DNA from: Crocosphaera subtropica ATCC 51142
GTDB lineage: Bacteria; Cyanobacteriota; Cyanobacteriia; Cyanobacteriales; Microcystaceae
Assembly (NCBI RefSeq): GCF_000017845.1
Contig: NC_010546.1
Location: 2,940,001-2,972,000 of the forward strand
Direction of reading: 5' to 3'
DNA: 32,000 bases
This document shows, piece after piece, positions 27,802-32,000 of this stretch. Position 1 is the first letter of the stretch. Each line of letters starts with the position of its first letter. The notes under the pieces were generated by a model. The model was given only the letters and a program-made list of their open reading frames with translations. It made no database searches and was not told where the DNA came from. The translations under genes were made by a program, and so were the position numbers.

Positions 27802-28761
27802 ATGTTCCAAAGTCAAGAAGCCATAGACCTAAAAGAAAGATATGAAAAGGGTCAAAGAAATTTTCAAGAGTTTCAATTGCGTCGTGCAGATTTAAGAGGA
27901 CTTAATCTCAGTCATACGGACTTTCGAGGCGTTGATCTCAGTTATGCTAATTTGAGAGAAGTGGATTTTACTGGGGCTGATCTACGGGATGCGTATCTTA
28001 ATGAAGCCGATTTAACGGCAGTCAATTTCACCGATGCTAACCTAGAAGGAGCTTCTTTAATTAAAATTTATTTAATCAAAGCAAATTGCTATCAAACTAA
28101 TTTTTCTGGAGCTTATTTAACGGGAGCTTATTTAACAAAAACTAACTTTAAAGAAGCAAAATTTCATGGTGCTTACTTAAATGGGGCAAAGTTAAGTGGA
28201 GCAAAATTAGAAGATGCTTATTATGATCATCAGACTAGGTTTGATACTTCATTTGATCCAAAAACGGCCCTAATGAAGATCACAGACAGTAAAAAAAAGA
28301 TCCTTAATCAGTCTCAAAAATTAGCAGAAATTAAAACAAAAAAAGAAGAAAATTTGAAAATAATTACCCTTGACGAATTACTACAAATCTTCAATCACCT
28401 AACAGCCATTAGTCGTCGTTATTTAGGAAAAACTATGACCCAGAAATATTGGGAATCTTCTCGACCTTTCTTTGAATGGTTAGATAATTTTGAGATGACT
28501 GCATCGACTGAGATTATTTTTAAGGGGGAATTAGATACGGTTTTAAGTCTAACAAGATTACAATGGCTACAAGCTTGGGTTAAAACATTTATTCAAAACT
28601 GTTCTCAAATTGTTCAAAATTACCCAAAAATGCTGGATTTTCAGTTACTTAATCCTTTAATTGCTGTTGATTTTACTCAGAATAATCAGAGAATTTCACA
28701 TAATCAATCTGATAATTTTTCATCAAGAAACTCTAATTTTTTAGAATTACTGTATGCTTGA
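27802..28761 (+). CDS. Pentapeptide-repeat protein with a non-repeat C-terminal domain
   Basis: About 130 aa of A(D/N)LxG-type pentapeptides (ADLRGLNLSHTDFRGVDLSYANLREVDFTGADLRDAYLNEADL...). Then a lysine-rich linker and a W-rich domain of about 130 aa. aaggag lies 5 nt upstream of the ATG. Confidence 0.85.
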   Translation: MFQSQEAIDLKERYEKGQRNFQEFQLRRADLRGLNLSHTDFRGVDLSYANLREVDFTGADLRDAYLNEADLTAVNFTDANLEGASLIKIYLIKANCYQTNFSGAYLTGAYLTKTNFKEAKFHGAYLNGAKLSGAKLEDAYYDHQTRFDTSFDPKTALMKITDSKKKILNQSQKLAEIKTKKEENLKIITLDELLQIFNHLTAISRRYLGKTMTQKYWESSRPFFEWLDNFEMTASTEIIFKGELDTVLSLTRLQWLQAWVKTFIQNCSQIVQNYPKMLDFQLLNPLIAVDFTQNNQRISHNQSDNFSSRNSNFLELLYA

Positions 28762-28857
28762 CATTGAAAATGATCAGATATGTTGACAGGTTTAATGGCA
28801 AAGCATCTTTCTCATTACTTTTTTTATTGTTCTCTCCTTTATTGCAAAAAAGATTGT

Positions 28858-31086
28858 TTATTGCTCTAAATCTGCACAGTTTTCCACTGTTTCCCCTTGG
28901 TAGATTTGATAAGCAGAAGGTTGTAAATCAGGGGTTACTATCCAAGCTTCTTGGCCTTCTAATTCTTTGATATCAGGGGCTTCAGGAGATTTTTCAGCAG
29001 GTATTTGACAAATTTTGACCTTCATCGCTTTTTCAGTATTGTCCTGGGGCAAAATCTGTAATATACTCTCAGGAGGCAGATCGGGATAAAGTTGAGTGCC
29101 TTGCGCAGTTTCCGATACAGTAAGCACCTCTCTAATTTGAATCAGTATCCCCGGTTCAAGGGGCAAAGAAGACTCAGGGGACGGAATTGGTGTCACAGGA
29201 GTGACAGAAGTTGAAGGAGAAGGAACAGAAGTGGGAGTGACAGTAGGTTGTAGGAGTTGCAACATTCCATAAATGCCGGCACCTACAATTAAAACAATAA
29301 TGCCTAAAATACTGAAGATAAGAAGAAAATTACTGTTGTTATGGCCTGTTGTCTCCTTGTTAGCAGGCAAAGGTTCCGTTGGCTGTAAATCTGAAGGAAG
29401 GTCGTCAGAGAGGTCTATGGTGGGATGAGTGTCTTGTTTTGCACTTTCTAGTAACGCTTCTACGTCTCCCATAGAGAGAGGAGTTGGTGGGTCGGAGGCT
29501 AGTTCTATTTGGCAGTACAACAGGGAAATCGTGACATTATCGTGACCATTCTTATTATTGGCTACATTAATCAGTTCTTTCCCCGCAGTCGGCAAATCTT
29601 TTTCTTGAGCTAAGATAGGGGCAATTTCTAGCTGCCAATATTGATCAACTCGATCATAATCACTTAAACCATCGGAACATAACAAGAAAACACAATCATC
29701 ATCCGTAATCAAACGGCTGACATTAGGATGGAGAGAATTGGCATTACTCATCCCTAATGCTTGCACTAATGCCCCGGCATTGGGATATTTAATAGCATCT
29801 CGATAAAATAAATACCCTAAACGGACTTCTCTAGAGGCTAAATCATCGTCAGTGGTAACTTGATGGCAACTTTCAGAGGTAATGCGATAAATACGAGAGT
29901 CCCCCACGTTGGCTAAATAAACCTCGTGATCATGGACTAAACTTAAGACCAAGGTGGTTCCCATCCGTTGTCTATCGTGACGATTTTCAGCGTCGTTGCG
30001 TTCACTAATACGATCATTGGTAAGATTGATCGCTTCTGCTAAGTCTTGCAACCCTTGTTGACTATTGCGAGTCTCCCTAAATAGGGGAAGTTGAGGAATT
30101 TTCTCGACTAAAGTATCAATGGCTAACTGCGAAGCCACTTCTCCTGCGTCTTGTCCCCCAACGCCGTCGCAGACAATGGTAAAATTGGTTTGGTTAGGAG
30201 AGGGTTCTTGTGGTTCCCCAGGGTCAGGATAACAAGCATCTTCGTTATGATGACGGCTTGGTCCAGAGTCAGTTAAGGTAAAAATTTGATATTTTTTGTC
30301 ATACCACTGTCCACAACGAGTTAAAGCGGAATCAAAATAGGTTAACAAATAGTCAGGATGGGGAATTTTGCCCCGTTGTAGATAATGACAGAGGGACTGA
30401 AGATAATCGGCAATGAGAGGTGAAGTTCCTTCTATTAAAGATAACCAGAGTTGACCTAACTCTTTGACACTGTGGAAATTATGTTCATCTGGGTGAAAAT
30501 CTAATAACTGAATCATCCCTGCATTGACTCGGACTAAGGAGAGATCAAGTAAACTTGATACCATCTGCTGTCCTTCTAGGGGTTGCCACAGTTTAACAAT
30601 TTGCCATAACCAGTTTAATTGACGTAAGGGATTATGCTTGGTTTGAGGCCATATTTCCGTTAACGGGGGAAGCAATTCAGGATACAGAGGTTCTCCTGAC
30701 TCATTCAGGGGAATAGTTCCATATTCGAGTAAACCAATTTCACTCCCTTGATTTTCTGCTTCAGAGAGATTGTAATAAGTATAAATCTGGGGTAAATGCA
30801 GACGATAAGGAAATAATCTTAAATATTTTCTAATTTTTTCGGGAATATCTTCACTAAACTCTGGGGGAATGCCGGGTTTGGTATCTAAGACAACCTGATG
30901 AGTGATTAGTAAGTAGCGTTCATCAATGACCTGTCCTACCTCGAATGATTCTACCCAGTTCCCTAAAGGTCGTAGATACCGCTTGAGTAAAGGAGTTGTG
31001 CATTTCTCGCATACTGAGTTCTCTGAGGAGTTAAGGGTTTGGCATTCAGGGTTAGAACATTGAATGGTTGCCATAGGTTCTGTCAT
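28858..31086 (-). CDS. Multidomain PP2C-family Ser/Thr phosphatase: zinc ribbon, kinase-like domain without catalytic motifs, PP2C, TM, Pro/Ser/Thr linker and C-terminal domain
   Basis: CSNPECQ..CEKC ribbon. PP2C motifs (HNEDACY, VCDGVGGQDAGEVAS, GDSRIY, LLCSDGLSD, GHDNVT). TM helix LLIFSILGIIVLIVGAGIYGML. Confidence 0.88.
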   Translation of the reverse strand: MTEPMATIQCSNPECQTLNSSENSVCEKCTTPLLKRYLRPLGNWVESFEVGQVIDERYLLITHQVVLDTKPGIPPEFSEDIPEKIRKYLRLFPYRLHLPQIYTYYNLSEAENQGSEIGLLEYGTIPLNESGEPLYPELLPPLTEIWPQTKHNPLRQLNWLWQIVKLWQPLEGQQMVSSLLDLSLVRVNAGMIQLLDFHPDEHNFHSVKELGQLWLSLIEGTSPLIADYLQSLCHYLQRGKIPHPDYLLTYFDSALTRCGQWYDKKYQIFTLTDSGPSRHHNEDACYPDPGEPQEPSPNQTNFTIVCDGVGGQDAGEVASQLAIDTLVEKIPQLPLFRETRNSQQGLQDLAEAINLTNDRISERNDAENRHDRQRMGTTLVLSLVHDHEVYLANVGDSRIYRITSESCHQVTTDDDLASREVRLGYLFYRDAIKYPNAGALVQALGMSNANSLHPNVSRLITDDDCVFLLCSDGLSDYDRVDQYWQLEIAPILAQEKDLPTAGKELINVANNKNGHDNVTISLLYCQIELASDPPTPLSMGDVEALLESAKQDTHPTIDLSDDLPSDLQPTEPLPANKETTGHNNSNFLLIFSILGIIVLIVGAGIYGMLQLLQPTVTPTSVPSPSTSVTPVTPIPSPESSLPLEPGILIQIREVLTVSETAQGTQLYPDLPPESILQILPQDNTEKAMKVKICQIPAEKSPEAPDIKELEGQEAWIVTPDLQPSAYQIYQGETVENCADLEQ

Positions 31087-31211
31087 GACAGCAATTGTGG
31101 GGACAGTTTGACGAATTATCCCGATAACATAAGCTATTATAACGTTTCTCTCCCCAGGGTATAAATGGTATTTTTGAGGCTATTTAAGCATCAAACTTGA
31201 TTGAGAAAAGA

Positions 31212-31799
31212 CTAAACCTTAATAGAGCTTGGCTGATCCACTGCTGCAATGATACGATGACAACCAGAGTCAGGTTTAGCCCATTGATATTGATAGTCTT
31301 GGGGATTGCCCCAACATAGTCCTAGGTATAATTCTGTTCTGGCTGCATCAATTTCAGCCCATTCTACTTCGTGAATAAACTCTTCAATGGAATCAGAAGA
31401 AATAGGACGACGACGATGAGCCGATAACCAAAATTTCATACCTTTAGTCATTTTCCACCAAAAATTTATCACAGATTCTTTATGTTTCATTAATATTTCT
31501 TTATCCCCTGGGACAGCAATGAGTTGATTATGCAATTCAGGGTATTTAATTGATCGGCCTTGATAGGTACAGGTACGCCAAATAATTCCAGAAACCCTGT
31601 GTTGTATTTGATATTTATGAATTTGACGACGAAAATCTTGATAAGCAAACACTTGGTTCATTTTATCAGTATTGAGTGCTTTGGCAATTACGGGATTATT
31701 AATGCGATCGTCACAAGATAAGATAACCCTTTCTCCCCTCCAGGTCGCTTTTAATTCTTGATCAAGAATATTAATAAGTTGTTGTGTTGTATAGATCAT
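31212..31799 (-). CDS. Conserved hypothetical protein (195 aa from ATG 31799)
   Basis: Long ORF with normal-looking composition, on the same strand as the PP2C gene and 125 nt upstream of it. I recognise no motif. ATG at 31797-31799 is preferred over the TTG at 31805. Confidence 0.6.
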   Translation of the reverse strand: MIYTTQQLINILDQELKATWRGERVILSCDDRINNPVIAKALNTDKMNQVFAYQDFRRQIHKYQIQHRVSGIIWRTCTYQGRSIKYPELHNQLIAVPGDKEILMKHKESVINFWWKMTKGMKFWLSAHRRRPISSDSIEEFIHEVEWAEIDAARTELYLGLCWGNPQDYQYQWAKPDSGCHRIIAAVDQPSSIKV

Positions 31800-32000
31800 G
31801 GCCAAATCAGCAATATGGTTTTGATGCTTGTTTCTTTATCCTGTCCCTAGTGTATATAGAAATTTGAAAATTGTTCATATTTTTAAGAAATGAATCATAA
31901 CTAACAGTTCCTTTGAGAATCATCCCCTATGATGGTGTAAATAGCTACAAATTATTATGATTATTTTAATTATTTATGGAAACTGGACAAATTCGTCTTA

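Noticed and set aside
28758-28970. 70-aa ORF overlapping the end of the pentapeptide gene and the 3' end of the PP2C gene
   Set aside because: It is antisense to the PP2C C-terminus and gives a Leu/Phe-rich translation of AT-rich DNA. There is no independent support.
31976-32000. ATG GAA ACT GGA CAA ATT CGT CTT at the window edge as the start of a plus-strand gene
   Set aside because: Only 8 codons are visible, so no judgement is possible.

Overview
This window looks like a chromosomal segment of a cyanobacterium. It carries the allophycocyanin operon apcA-apcB-apcC, the hydrogenase maturation genes hypA (3' end), hypB and hypD, and 12 copies of the HIP1 octamer GCGATCGC. I could not place it more precisely by eye. 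Most of the window is core housekeeping: an M16 peptidase pair, phoH, tig, pyrG, htpG and nadB. Accessory-looking genes are interleaved with these: a polytopic membrane protein in an AT-rich stretch, a short SepF-like protein, HEAT and TPR repeat proteins, a pentapeptide-repeat protein, a PEP-CTERM protein and a DUF29 remnant. I found no tRNA or rRNA genes, CRISPR arrays, transposases or integrases. I do not see a clear new multi-gene system. The signals most worth follow-up are these. (1) A roughly 184-nt, plus-strand structured RNA candidate between hypB and the peptidase genes, closed by a 17-bp helix and of 6S-like size. (2) A recurring theme of enzyme folds that have lost catalytic residues. 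The GspE/PilB-like protein has all four ATPase motifs degenerate but keeps its tetracysteine site. The membrane-spanning Hanks-type kinase has both phosphotransfer lysines substituted. The membrane-spanning PP2C phosphatase is fused to a zinc ribbon and a kinase-like domain without catalytic motifs. (3) Three damaged genes: a secreted protein with an in-frame TAA, a PEP-CTERM gene with a 1-nt frameshift at a homopolymer, and an N-terminally truncated DUF29. (4) An AT-rich, HIP1-free stretch containing an 833-bp non-coding gap. All functional calls come from reading motifs in the supplied translations. No database search was run.
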